Assembly: GCA_964462865.1 (NCBI GenBank)
Contig: CAYWZO010000005.1
Location: 1-54,481 of the forward strand
Direction: 5' to 3'
Source of the DNA: an uncultured Dehalococcoidaceae bacterium
GTDB taxonomy: Bacteria > Chloroflexota > Dehalococcoidia > Dehalococcoidales > RBG-16-60-22
DNA length: 54,481 nt
Shown: positions 45,682-54,481 of the stretch, one piece after another
Layout of the letters: each line of letters begins with the position of its first letter
Position numbering within the stretch: the stretch's first letter is position 1
Position numbers and translations under genes: made by a program
Notes under the pieces: model-generated
Database searches by the model: none
Told to the model about the DNA's origin: nothing
What the model saw: the letters and a program-made list of their open reading frames with translations, nothing else

Positions 45682-46041
45682 ATGCAGGAAAAACAGGTAG
45701 CCGGCTTTTTTCTGGAAATTTGGGTGGTTGTGGTTATACTGGGTCTGCTGGCGGCCATAACGCTTCCCAATGTCGGCAAGATGCTGGGTAAAAGCAGGGA
45801 CGTATCCGCGGAGATGGAATTACAGAACGTCCAGACGGCCGTGACCGAAATGCTGTGCGATAGCGAAGCCGGTACACTGGAACCGGTTGGCCCCACCGGT
45901 AACTTGAGCGAGGTACATACCTGTGATATTCCGCCGCTGTATCTATCTGACTATTTGCTGGATGGCGGCGATGGCCCGGACGAACTGGTCTGCACTTACA
46001 GCTTTACTGCCGATGGCACGGTAGACCAGATGGAACCTTAA
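45682..46041 (+). CDS. Type IV pilin/pseudopilin-like protein
   Basis: GFFLEIWVVVVILGLLAAITLP class III signal-like N-terminus followed by ELQNVQTAV. Confidence 0.75.
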   Translation: MQEKQVAGFFLEIWVVVVILGLLAAITLPNVGKMLGKSRDVSAEMELQNVQTAVTEMLCDSEAGTLEPVGPTGNLSEVHTCDIPPLYLSDYLLDGGDGPDELVCTYSFTADGTVDQMEP

Positions 46042-46085
46042 ATATTTCTCCTCTTCGGGTGGATTACAGATAATCCTCCGGGATG

Positions 46086-47099
46086 TTAATAACCCCTCTT
46101 CCGGCTTATCACGTTTATCAGTTTTTTCCCTGTAAGGTAGCGTTTGAGGTTTTCGCAGAATAAGGCCGTGGCGTGCATCAGATAGTTATCCTGGTTCCCG
46201 GAGACATGAGGGGTGAGAACGATGTTATCGAAGTCCCAGAGGCGACTGGTGGGAGGGAGGGGCTCGACGACGGTGACGTCCAGGCCGGCCCCGGCGATCC
46301 ATTTTTCTTCGAGGGCTCTAATCAGAGCATCTTCATTGATAATGCCGCCCCGGCTGATATTTATCAGGTAGGCAGTCCTCTTCATTGCCTGCAACTCTTT
46401 TTCTCCAATCAGCTTGCTGGTCTTGGGTGTGAGGGGCACGCAGGATACCACGAAATCGCTCTCGGCGAGCAATTGGTTTAGCTGACTTACCGGCAGCATC
46501 TTATCTACGTTCCTGACGGGTCTTATCCCCCTGATCTCATCTACGGCCAGCACCCTCATACCGAAGGCCTTGGCCAGGCGCGCTACTTCCCGCCCGATAT
46601 GCCCCAGCGCAATGATGCCCACGGTGCTGCCGTGAAGCAGCCGCGGCGTGAATCTTTGCCACTGTCGTTTTTGCTTCATCCGGAAGCTCTGCGCCGTATC
46701 TTTGGCGAAGAAGAGCATCGTCCCGATGACGTACTCGCTGATGGGCGTAGCGTGGATGCCGCTGACCCCGGTGATGATTACCCGGCTCTGCCAGATTTCG
46801 CTCCGGGCTATGCCGTCGGCCCCGGCGGACATCAGTTGCACCCATTTCAGATTGGGTGCCCGTTTCAGGAGGTCGTGGGGCGGGGCAAACCCCACGATTA
46901 TTTCAGTCTTGGCCAGCAGCGCGTCCAGTTTCTTTGTAGATTCCACCTCGCCCCGCAGTTCGGCGGCCACCAGGCCGGAGGCGTCCGTGACCCTGACGGA
47001 CGGGTCGACCTGTCTTATCTTCTCCAGAAGCCTATCGTCTATCCGCGGAGTAGCCACACGGACCGGGGAAATAACGACAATTATATTCAACGTTTTCAT
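46086..47099 (-). CDS. D-2-hydroxyacid dehydrogenase
   Basis: LKWVQLMSAGAD, ALGHIG, PLTPKT, NISRG, GAGLDV..EPL, TPHVSG. Confidence 0.93.
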   Translation of the reverse strand: MKTLNIIVVISPVRVATPRIDDRLLEKIRQVDPSVRVTDASGLVAAELRGEVESTKKLDALLAKTEIIVGFAPPHDLLKRAPNLKWVQLMSAGADGIARSEIWQSRVIITGVSGIHATPISEYVIGTMLFFAKDTAQSFRMKQKRQWQRFTPRLLHGSTVGIIALGHIGREVARLAKAFGMRVLAVDEIRGIRPVRNVDKMLPVSQLNQLLAESDFVVSCVPLTPKTSKLIGEKELQAMKRTAYLINISRGGIINEDALIRALEEKWIAGAGLDVTVVEPLPPTSRLWDFDNIVLTPHVSGNQDNYLMHATALFCENLKRYLTGKKLINVISRKRGY

Positions 47100-47130
47100 A
47101 GGGGTGCCTCTCCTTTTTCAGCCCCGGCGT

Positions 47131-47922
47131 TTATTTACCCAGCACAATACCGGCCGGGTCTATCTCCTGGCGCAATAGCCGCAAATCTTCGGGGGCCGGC
47201 TCGGGGCTTCTTTCAATCTGGTCAGGGATGATAATATCGAAACTGCTGTTCTCCCTGACTTCATCCAGGCTGGCGCCGGGATGCAGTGATAGAAGTTTTA
47301 GCTTTTTCGTTTTCTCATCGAAACTATAGACCCCCAGCTGGGTGATTACCCGGTACGGCCCGGAACCACGGGGCAGTCCGGCCCTTTCCCGGCTACCCGG
47401 CCCATCCAGATAGCCGGGGGTGGTCAGGAAATCAACCTTGTCCACAAAAGTCCTTTTCGACTGGTTGGCGATGATAATGATGAGCCTCTGGGAGAAAGAG
47501 CCGGCATCATTGGCACCGCCGCTGCCGGGCAGGCGTACCGTCGGCAGGTCATGGTCACCGATAACGGTGGTATTGATGTTTCCGTAAACGTCTATCTGGG
47601 CGGCCCCCAGAAAGCCGTAATCGGCGTAGCCTGCCTGGGAGAGCGACATCACGTCGTGCATGGTCGAGGCGCAGACGCCCTTGTAAAAAGTCCGGGACTC
47701 GCCTACTGATATGGGCAGTTCGGGTAACAGGGGCCCAATGCCGCCGGCTTCAAATAATATCAACAGACGGGGTGCGTGTGTCTTCTGGGCCAGCATGGAC
47801 GCAATGATAGGCAGCCCGGTACCTACGAAGACGGACTTTTCATCTTCCAGAACGCCGGCCCCGAGGAATGCCAGGTACTCCCTTAAATTATAAGTATTTT
47901 CTACTGAACCTTTTTTTGCCAT
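47131..47922 (-). CDS. Family I CoA-transferase beta subunit (GctB-like)
   Basis: VFVGTGLP, LFEAG catalytic Glu, GAAQIDVYGNINTT, LPGSGGAND, VITQLG. Confidence 0.9.
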   Translation of the reverse strand: MAKKGSVENTYNLREYLAFLGAGVLEDEKSVFVGTGLPIIASMLAQKTHAPRLLILFEAGGIGPLLPELPISVGESRTFYKGVCASTMHDVMSLSQAGYADYGFLGAAQIDVYGNINTTVIGDHDLPTVRLPGSGGANDAGSFSQRLIIIIANQSKRTFVDKVDFLTTPGYLDGPGSRERAGLPRGSGPYRVITQLGVYSFDEKTKKLKLLSLHPGASLDEVRENSSFDIIIPDQIERSPEPAPEDLRLLRQEIDPAGIVLGK

Positions 47923-47946
47923 GAGTTACAACCCCTTTCTGATGGT

Positions 47947-48966
47947 CTAAGCCGTTTTCCGCCACGGTGCCGTCATCGGTTCCCGTAGAAACTCCCGTTT
48001 CTTCAGATAGTTCAGCTTCCTGATGCCGCCGCAAAGCTGTAAATATTCTTCGAAGTCCGCGACGCCGAAAACATATTTGTCCAGGTACTCGGCGATACCC
48101 TCATCCGTCTTGGAAAGATCCAGCCACTTGGCGATATGTTCCTCGTCATAGTAATACATCACGGGCATCTCGCAGGGGTGAGAGCCGAAGGGGACTTCGA
48201 CCACCGCGTCCACGACGAAAAACGGAATGACCGTCTTCCAGGGCTCTCTCCGGATGACTTCATTATCCACTATCTGTTCGGTTGTGATTATCAGGCGCCG
48301 CGCGCATCTCGCCAGTTCGAAGTCTTCGACCAGCGTACCATCCACCTGGGCGTTACCGTACATATCGCAGCGGTGGACATGGATGAAGGCGATGTCCGGG
48401 TAGGCCGCCGGAATGATATTGACCGGTTTGCCGGTGAACGGATCCTGGATGACTTTGCAGGAGCTGTATTTAATGGTATCGGTCCCGAGCATATTGCGGC
48501 CGGGTACAAAGGATAGCCCCATCATCGCGGCCAGCCATCGCCACTGGTAGCCGGCGTTTGAGGTCTCGGCCACTACTTTGCACCGGCCCGTTTGCACCAT
48601 CCGGCGCGAGGCCGGGGACAGGCCCCGGAGTTCATGGCCGAAGGAATACGCGGCCTCGACCCGGTTGACGCAGCCCGAACCCACCAGGATATCCAGGTCG
48701 TGGACCGCCGTCTTCCCGGCCAGTATCAGATTCTTCTTTTTCTGCCGGATTATTTCGTAGACGATGGCCATTGATATTCTGACGTGCCCGAAGCCACCGC
48801 TGGCCGTGAAATCGCCGTCATGAACGAATTTGGCCACGGCCTCCGCGGCCGACATCGTCTTGTCCTTCAAGGCGCGGGACTTATTTTTCATGACCCATTC
48901 GCGGGCATCATCAGGGTCATGCCAGCCAACTAACTCACCCTGGCCTTCGTACAGGATATCCGTCAT
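47947..48966 (-). CDS. Family I CoA-transferase alpha subunit (GctA-like)
   Basis: KTMSAAEAV, PDIAFIHVHRCDMYGNAQ, VDAVVEVPFGSHP. Confidence 0.9.
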   Translation of the reverse strand: MTDILYEGQGELVGWHDPDDAREWVMKNKSRALKDKTMSAAEAVAKFVHDGDFTASGGFGHVRISMAIVYEIIRQKKKNLILAGKTAVHDLDILVGSGCVNRVEAAYSFGHELRGLSPASRRMVQTGRCKVVAETSNAGYQWRWLAAMMGLSFVPGRNMLGTDTIKYSSCKVIQDPFTGKPVNIIPAAYPDIAFIHVHRCDMYGNAQVDGTLVEDFELARCARRLIITTEQIVDNEVIRREPWKTVIPFFVVDAVVEVPFGSHPCEMPVMYYYDEEHIAKWLDLSKTDEGIAEYLDKYVFGVADFEEYLQLCGGIRKLNYLKKREFLREPMTAPWRKTA

Positions 48967-49272
48967 AATCTAACTCCTTTCGCCTGTCTCCGATAAAAGA
49001 ACTTTGTCCCTGTAATATTTTCAGGATAAAGTATACAACACATTTTACCATCTGGATTTGCCAATGGCTAATCGGTATAAATTCAGTTTACTGGCGAATA
49101 GTGAATAACGGGCGGGCACTTACGCACCGGAGACGGCAGGTGTAAGTTGGCATCTTGCGTCGCATAAATAACAAGAAATTACGCATCGCCGATAATATTT
49201 TTGAAATTATTGGCAATACACGATAATATTTTAAAAATTATATTGATATGCGATTATTGTAGGATATTTAGC

Positions 49273-49301
49273 TTGCATTTTCAATGACGTGATGCTATCA
49301 T
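49273..49301 (+). promoter_or_regulatory. sigma70-type promoter for the tandem Mo-enzyme genes
   Basis: TTGCAT-17 nt-TATCAT with extended TG. Confidence 0.6.
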
Positions 49302-49380
49302 TTTAGGGATTTGCCTACCAGGTAAATCCATCGGGCAAGCCTTCCTTTCTGGTCTCAATCGTAATACCGAGGTGTGAAAA

Positions 49381-51972
49381 ATGCCGGAAAAAGAAAGAAC
49401 GGTGGTGAAAGGACTCTCCGGGGCAGGTGTCACCGAAGATTCCAACTGCGTCCAGGTCGACATCAGGGACGGGAAAATCATCAGAATCAGGCCTTTTCAC
49501 TTCAACTGGAAATACGACCGCAAGCCCTGGAAGATAAAGGCCCGCGGCCAGGTCTTTGAAGCCAGCATGAAGACGTTGATACCCCCCTTTACCCTGGCCT
49601 ACAAGAACCGCGTCCATTCCCCCAACCGCACCCTCTACCCCCTCAAGCGCGTTGACTGGGACCCCAGCGGCGAGCGCAACCCGCAGAACCGCGGCCAGAG
49701 CAGGTACGTGCGTATTTCCTGGGATGAGGCCACCAGCATTATCGCCGGTGAAATTAAAAGGATCCAGAAAAAATACGGCCATACGGCCATTCTCCTGCAG
49801 GCGGACGGACACGGAGAGACCAAGGTGGTGCACGCCGCCCACGGCTGCAGCCGCAGGCTGCTTTCGCTGATGGGCGGTTACACCTGGCAGACCCGCAACT
49901 CGGACAGCTGGGAAGGCTGGTACTGGGGTGCCAAGCATGTCTGGGGCTGCGAGCCGGTTGGCAAGGCGGCCTACCAGTCTAATATTGTCCCGGATATCGC
50001 CGAGCATACCAATATGCTGCTTTTTATCGGCTGTGACCCGGAGACCACCACCTGGGGCTGGGGCGGGCAGACGGTCAGCCGCCTGTGCTACTGGTTCTCC
50101 GACCTGGGCATCAAGCAGGTCTATGTCTGCCCGGACCTGAACTACGGCGCCGCCGTCCACGCCGATAAGTGGATTCCGATACTGCCCAACACCGATGCCG
50201 CCCTGTACCTGGCCATCGCCTATCTCTGGCTGACACAGGGTACCTATGATAAAGAATACGTCAAGACCCACGTCGTCGGCTTTGAAAAGTTCGAGGCCTA
50301 TGTTCTGGGGGAAGAAGACGGCGTACCCAAGACGCCCACCTGGGCCTCGGCAAAAACCGGCGTACCCACGCGGATTATCAAGGCCCTAGCTAAAGCCTGG
50401 GCTGCCGGAGCGACCACCACCGTGCATGCTAATGGCGGTAACCTGGCCCGGGCGCCTTACTGCACGGAGAACATGCGCCTCGAGGTGTGCCTGCTGGGCA
50501 TGCAGGGCCTGGGTAAACCGGGGCGCCACATGTTCACCACCATCGAGTGGGGCCTCTTCGGCAATATGGACCCGCCGGAGTGGACCTTCGGCAAGACGAT
50601 CCCGGTCCCGCGCCATATGGTCTATCCCAACCTGGTGCCGGCCAACCGCGGCTTCGCCGTGGTGGGTGACGACCTGCCAGCCCAGATTATCTCCAAGGTG
50701 ATGATTACCGAGGCCCTGAATAATCCCCCCATTTCCTGGTACGGCACCACGCTCTGCCGCCAGCTCACGGAAAACCAGTTCGTGCAATACAAATATCCGG
50801 TGGACGGTTGCTCCGAGATTCACATGATTTGGACGGACACGCCGGCCCTGATGACCTGCTGGAACGATTCTAATTATACCGCCAAAGGCTACCGGAACCC
50901 CAAGATTGAATTCATGCTGGCGCAGCACCCCTGGATAGAAAACGACTGTCAGTTCGCCGATATTATCCTGCCGGTGACCACCAAGTTCGAGATTGATGAC
51001 ATCGGTATTGATAACTTTACCGCCGAGTTCGGCACCCTCTATCTCGACCAGAAATGCATCGAGCCCCGCGGCGAGTCACGCAGCGATTATGAGGTGGTCT
51101 GCGCCATTGCCGAGAAACTGGGCCTGCTGGAAGAATACACCGGCGGTAAGACTATCGACGAATGGATTAAACACGGCTTCGATAACTGCGGCGTCAAGCA
51201 CCTGGTATCCTGGGAAGAGTTCAAAGAGAAGGGCCACTTCGTCATCCCCAACGACCCGGACTGGGAGAAGTACGATATCGGCTTGAGAAAATTCGCCGAA
51301 GACCCGGAGAACAACCCCATTTCCACGCCGACCGGTAAGCTGGAATACTATTCACAGCGGCTGGCTGACCACTTCCCGGACGATAAGGAAAGGCCGCCCC
51401 TCCCCCGCTGGATTGAGCGGGGCGAGAGCCACGACGAGCGGCTCTCCGGCGACCGGGCGAAAAAATATCCCTTCCTCTGCTGCTCCAACCACCCCCGCTG
51501 GCGCGTCCACTCCCAGCACGACGATATGCAGTGGCTCCGGGAAATCCCCACCTGCAAGATAAAGGGGCCGGACGGCTACGCCTACCAGACGATGTGGATT
51601 AACCCCGCCGATGCCGCTAGAAAAGGCATTAAGACCGGCGATGTCGTCAAAGTGTTTAACGACAGGGGAGGCGTGCTCCTCGGCGCCTATGTCAACGAAA
51701 GGATTAGGCCCGGCGTTATCTACGTCGACCACGGCGCCAGGTACGACCCCATCGTTCCGGGCGAGCTGGACAGGGGCGGGGCCATCAACACCATTACCCC
51801 CCGTAAGACTGTCTCGAAGAACGCTACCGGCATGGTCTCCGGCGGTTTCCTGCTGGACGTGGAGCGCGTTAACCTGGACGAAATGCAAAGGCAGTACCCG
51901 GAGGCTTTCAACCGGCCTTATCATCGCGGTTCCGGCCTGACACTGGAAAGAATGTTCGCTGAAAAACAGTGA
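49381..51972 (+). CDS. Mo/W-bisPGD oxidoreductase, AthL-like clade
   Basis: NSDSWEGW, PNTDAA, ADIILP, TPTGKLEYYS, HSQ; clear paralog of 28443..31118; no Tat signal. Confidence 0.9.
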   Translation: MPEKERTVVKGLSGAGVTEDSNCVQVDIRDGKIIRIRPFHFNWKYDRKPWKIKARGQVFEASMKTLIPPFTLAYKNRVHSPNRTLYPLKRVDWDPSGERNPQNRGQSRYVRISWDEATSIIAGEIKRIQKKYGHTAILLQADGHGETKVVHAAHGCSRRLLSLMGGYTWQTRNSDSWEGWYWGAKHVWGCEPVGKAAYQSNIVPDIAEHTNMLLFIGCDPETTTWGWGGQTVSRLCYWFSDLGIKQVYVCPDLNYGAAVHADKWIPILPNTDAALYLAIAYLWLTQGTYDKEYVKTHVVGFEKFEAYVLGEEDGVPKTPTWASAKTGVPTRIIKALAKAWAAGATTTVHANGGNLARAPYCTENMRLEVCLLGMQGLGKPGRHMFTTIEWGLFGNMDPPEWTFGKTIPVPRHMVYPNLVPANRGFAVVGDDLPAQIISKVMITEALNNPPISWYGTTLCRQLTENQFVQYKYPVDGCSEIHMIWTDTPALMTCWNDSNYTAKGYRNPKIEFMLAQHPWIENDCQFADIILPVTTKFEIDDIGIDNFTAEFGTLYLDQKCIEPRGESRSDYEVVCAIAEKLGLLEEYTGGKTIDEWIKHGFDNCGVKHLVSWEEFKEKGHFVIPNDPDWEKYDIGLRKFAEDPENNPISTPTGKLEYYSQRLADHFPDDKERPPLPRWIERGESHDERLSGDRAKKYPFLCCSNHPRWRVHSQHDDMQWLREIPTCKIKGPDGYAYQTMWINPADAARKGIKTGDVVKVFNDRGGVLLGAYVNERIRPGVIYVDHGARYDPIVPGELDRGGAINTITPRKTVSKNATGMVSGGFLLDVERVNLDEMQRQYPEAFNRPYHRGSGLTLERMFAEKQ

Positions 51973-52038
51973 TTTTCAGGTAATCGGTATATCGTAAAAA
52001 AAGAGACCAAAAAGTATAATTATCTGGGAGGAGAGCAA

Positions 52039-54481
52039 ATGCCGGAACAGGTTTTTATACAGTGCACGGTCGGCGGCCCCGTCAAGGTATACGTTAAAGA
52101 TGGTAAAATAACCAAGATGCGCCCTATAATCTTTGATGATAAGACGGACGCGCCGTCCTGGGTCATCAACGCCCGGGGACGCAAATTCACCCCGCCCCGT
52201 AAGACCACCCTCCAGACCTATGAAGTCCCGGAGAGGACCCGGGTCTACGCCGAGAACCGGATTAAATACCCGCTCCGGCGTAAGCATTTCGACCCCAAAG
52301 GCGAGCGCCATCCGGAGCTGCGTGGCAAGGACGAGTATGTCCGCATCTCCTGGGACGAGGCGCTGGACATCGTCGCCGGTGAAATCAAGCGTATCCGGCA
52401 GACCTACGGCCCGGCGGCCATCACGGCCATGACCTCCTCCCATCATAACTGGGGCTTCCTCCATTATAAACTCGGCCCGCTGGGGCGCTTCTTCAATATC
52501 CTGGGCTATACCTGCCTGTTCGATAACCCGGACAGCTGGGAAGGCTGGCAGTGGGGGGCAGTGCATACCTGGGGTTTCTGGTGGCGGCTGGGGCACTGCG
52601 AGCAGTCCGAGCTTTTGCAGGACGCCCTGAAGCATACCGAGCAGATTATCTTCTGGTCGGTCGACCCCAACAGCACCTCCTATATGTACAGCGGCCAGGA
52701 CAATCTGATATGGCGTATCTGGATGAAGGAACTGGGCATCAGGTTCGTGGTCATCGACCCCTATTGCAACTGCACCGCCAGTACCATGGGCGATAAATGG
52801 CTGGCCCCCCGCCCCGGTACGGACGCCGCTCTGGCAGAGGCCATCGGCTACGTGTGGATTAAAGAGGGGACTTACGATAAGTTCTTCGTCGAGAACCGCA
52901 CCTACGGCTTCGAGGAATGGAATAAGCATATTCTGGGCGAGACCGACGGCACGCCGAAGACGCCGGAATGGGCCGCCAGAATCTGCGACATCCCCGCCCA
53001 TGACATTAAGGCGCTGGCCCGGGAATGGGCGGCGAAAAAGACCATGCTGGCGGTGGGGAGTATCTTCGGCGCGACGGGCGCCTGCCGCGAGGCCTATGCC
53101 ACCGAGTGGGCGCGCCTGTGCGTCCTGCTCATGGCGATGCAGGGCTTCGGTAAGCCCGGCGTGAACTTCTGGGGCGGTACCGGCGGGGCGGCCCCGGTAG
53201 ATTATAGATTTAATATGCCGGGCTACTCCGAGAACGGCTGGGACGCCTTTGGCATCGTCGCCGATAAATCGTATTTCCCGGAGGGGAACAGTGTCACGCA
53301 GAAAGCCTACCGCCTGCTCCTGCCGGAAATCGTCATGAACCCGCCGGTAAGCTGGATAGGGGAGGGTTTCTGCGGCAACTCCGTCGAGCAGCAGTTCCAG
53401 CGTTTTACCTGTCCCGAGCCCGGCCCCAACGGCGCGCCCATCAAAATGATATACCGCCATGGCGGCTCATTCATCAGCACCATGACGGAGACCAACCGCT
53501 GGGTGCGCATGTACCAGCACCCCAACCTGGAGTTCGTGGTGATGCAGGACTGCCACTGGCAGAGCGAGACCAGGTTCGGCGACATCATCCTGCCCGCCTC
53601 CACCAACTTCGAGCACACCGACCTCTCCGAGTGGAACAGCGCCGGCGGCTACGGCTGCAATGATATGAACAACAACCACCGCGTTATCATCTACCAGCAA
53701 CAGTGCATCGAGCCGTTGTGGGAGTCCAAGCCGGACTACGAGATTTATACCCTGCTGGCGGACCGGCTCGGCTTCAAGGACAAGTATACCGAGGGCAACT
53801 CCTTTGAGGACTGGAACAAGAAGGTCTTCGAGTACTCCGATTTGCCCAAGTACGTTAAGTACGAAGACTTTAAAAAGAAGGGCTACTTCGTGGTGCCTTC
53901 CATGCCGCCCGACGCCGAGCCGCTGGTGTCCTTCCGCTGGTTCTACGAAGGGCGGCCCTGCGACCTGTACTCCGAGCCCAAGAATCCCTTCATCGGCACC
54001 GAGCGGGCGCACCTGCTGGGCACCCCCAGCGGCAAGGTCGAGTTCGTCTCCCAGACACTTCAGAAATTTGACCCCGATGATAAAGAAAGACCTCCGATGC
54101 CCCGCTACATCCCCTCCTGGGAAGGTTACAATACGAAGAAACTCACGAAAAAATACCCGCTGCAGCTGGTAAGCCCGCACCCCCGTTTCTCCTACCATAC
54201 GCATAACGACAACAAGAGCTACTGGCTGGATGATATCCCGCAGCACCGCGTTAGGAAAGACGGCTACACCTGGTGGCCGGTGCGCATCCATCCGGTGGAT
54301 GCGGACAAACGGGATATACATGATGGCGATATCGTCAAGGTCTATAACGGCCGCGGCGCGGTGCTCTGCGCCGCCCACGTGACCGAGCGCATCCGGCCGG
54401 GGACGGTGCACTCTTACGAGGCCGGGGCCAAGTACGACCCGCTGGAGCCGGGCAAGCCGGGCAGCATCGATAAAGGCGGCT
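52039..54481 (+). CDS. Pyrogallol transhydroxylase large subunit (AthL)-like Mo enzyme, 3' end beyond window
   Basis: Hand translation from ATG 52039 (GGAGGAG RBS): MPEQVFIQCTVGGPVKVYVKDGKI...TSSHHNWG...NPDSWEGWQWG...PGTDAA...PGYSE...SPHPRFSYH...IDKGG. The frame stays open to the window end; absent from the track because there is no stop. Confidence 0.92.
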   Translation, partial: MPEQVFIQCTVGGPVKVYVKDGKITKMRPIIFDDKTDAPSWVINARGRKFTPPRKTTLQTYEVPERTRVYAENRIKYPLRRKHFDPKGERHPELRGKDEYVRISWDEALDIVAGEIKRIRQTYGPAAITAMTSSHHNWGFLHYKLGPLGRFFNILGYTCLFDNPDSWEGWQWGAVHTWGFWWRLGHCEQSELLQDALKHTEQIIFWSVDPNSTSYMYSGQDNLIWRIWMKELGIRFVVIDPYCNCTASTMGDKWLAPRPGTDAALAEAIGYVWIKEGTYDKFFVENRTYGFEEWNKHILGETDGTPKTPEWAARICDIPAHDIKALAREWAAKKTMLAVGSIFGATGACREAYATEWARLCVLLMAMQGFGKPGVNFWGGTGGAAPVDYRFNMPGYSENGWDAFGIVADKSYFPEGNSVTQKAYRLLLPEIVMNPPVSWIGEGFCGNSVEQQFQRFTCPEPGPNGAPIKMIYRHGGSFISTMTETNRWVRMYQHPNLEFVVMQDCHWQSETRFGDIILPASTNFEHTDLSEWNSAGGYGCNDMNNNHRVIIYQQQCIEPLWESKPDYEIYTLLADRLGFKDKYTEGNSFEDWNKKVFEYSDLPKYVKYEDFKKKGYFVVPSMPPDAEPLVSFRWFYEGRPCDLYSEPKNPFIGTERAHLLGTPSGKVEFVSQTLQKFDPDDKERPPMPRYIPSWEGYNTKKLTKKYPLQLVSPHPRFSYHTHNDNKSYWLDDIPQHRVRKDGYTWWPVRIHPVDADKRDIHDGDIVKVYNGRGAVLCAAHVTERIRPGTVHSYEAGAKYDPLEPGKPGSIDKGG

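Noticed and set aside
51976-54411. Two long minus-strand ORFs (494 aa and 314 aa)
   Set aside because: Antisense shadows of the plus-strand AthL-like gene starting at 52039, which has an RBS and family motifs.
1-54481. Integrase, transposase, prophage, defence system or reductive dehalogenase genes
   Set aside because: No ORF shows the relevant motifs; the many remaining short track ORFs overlap well-supported genes and were treated as noise.

Overview
Bacterial chromosomal window, roughly 55-60% GC by eye with AT-richer patches. Gene content and style suggest an anaerobic Dehalococcoidia-like Chloroflexota; this is inference, not a database result. The left end is housekeeping: tRNA-Glu, tRNA-Gln, rnc, acyP, mobA-moeA-mobB, pepA and a lipoprotein serpin. 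The core is an accessory anaerobic-catabolism region rich in radical and metallo-enzymes. It holds (i) a minus-strand locus: glycyl radical enzyme, family III CoA-transferase, family-5 ABC transporter, BzdNOPQ-like four-subunit reductase/dehydratase, second CoA-transferase, MarR; (ii) an enolase-superfamily gene, a pyrogallol-transhydroxylase (AthL)-like Mo enzyme, a two-methyltransferase plus corrinoid module, and a convergent Cys-ligated Mo enzyme with an FeS partner. Block (ii) is bracketed by tRNA-Leu and a tRNA-like cloverleaf with a 33-nt anticodon loop. The right part has PadR-HAAS-DegV-PlsY-DegV, small regulators, a GctAB-like CoA-transferase with a D-2-hydroxyacid dehydrogenase, and two tandem AthL-like Mo enzymes. 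The last of these (52039 to window end) is absent from the ORF track. I saw no CRISPR array, integrase or transposase.
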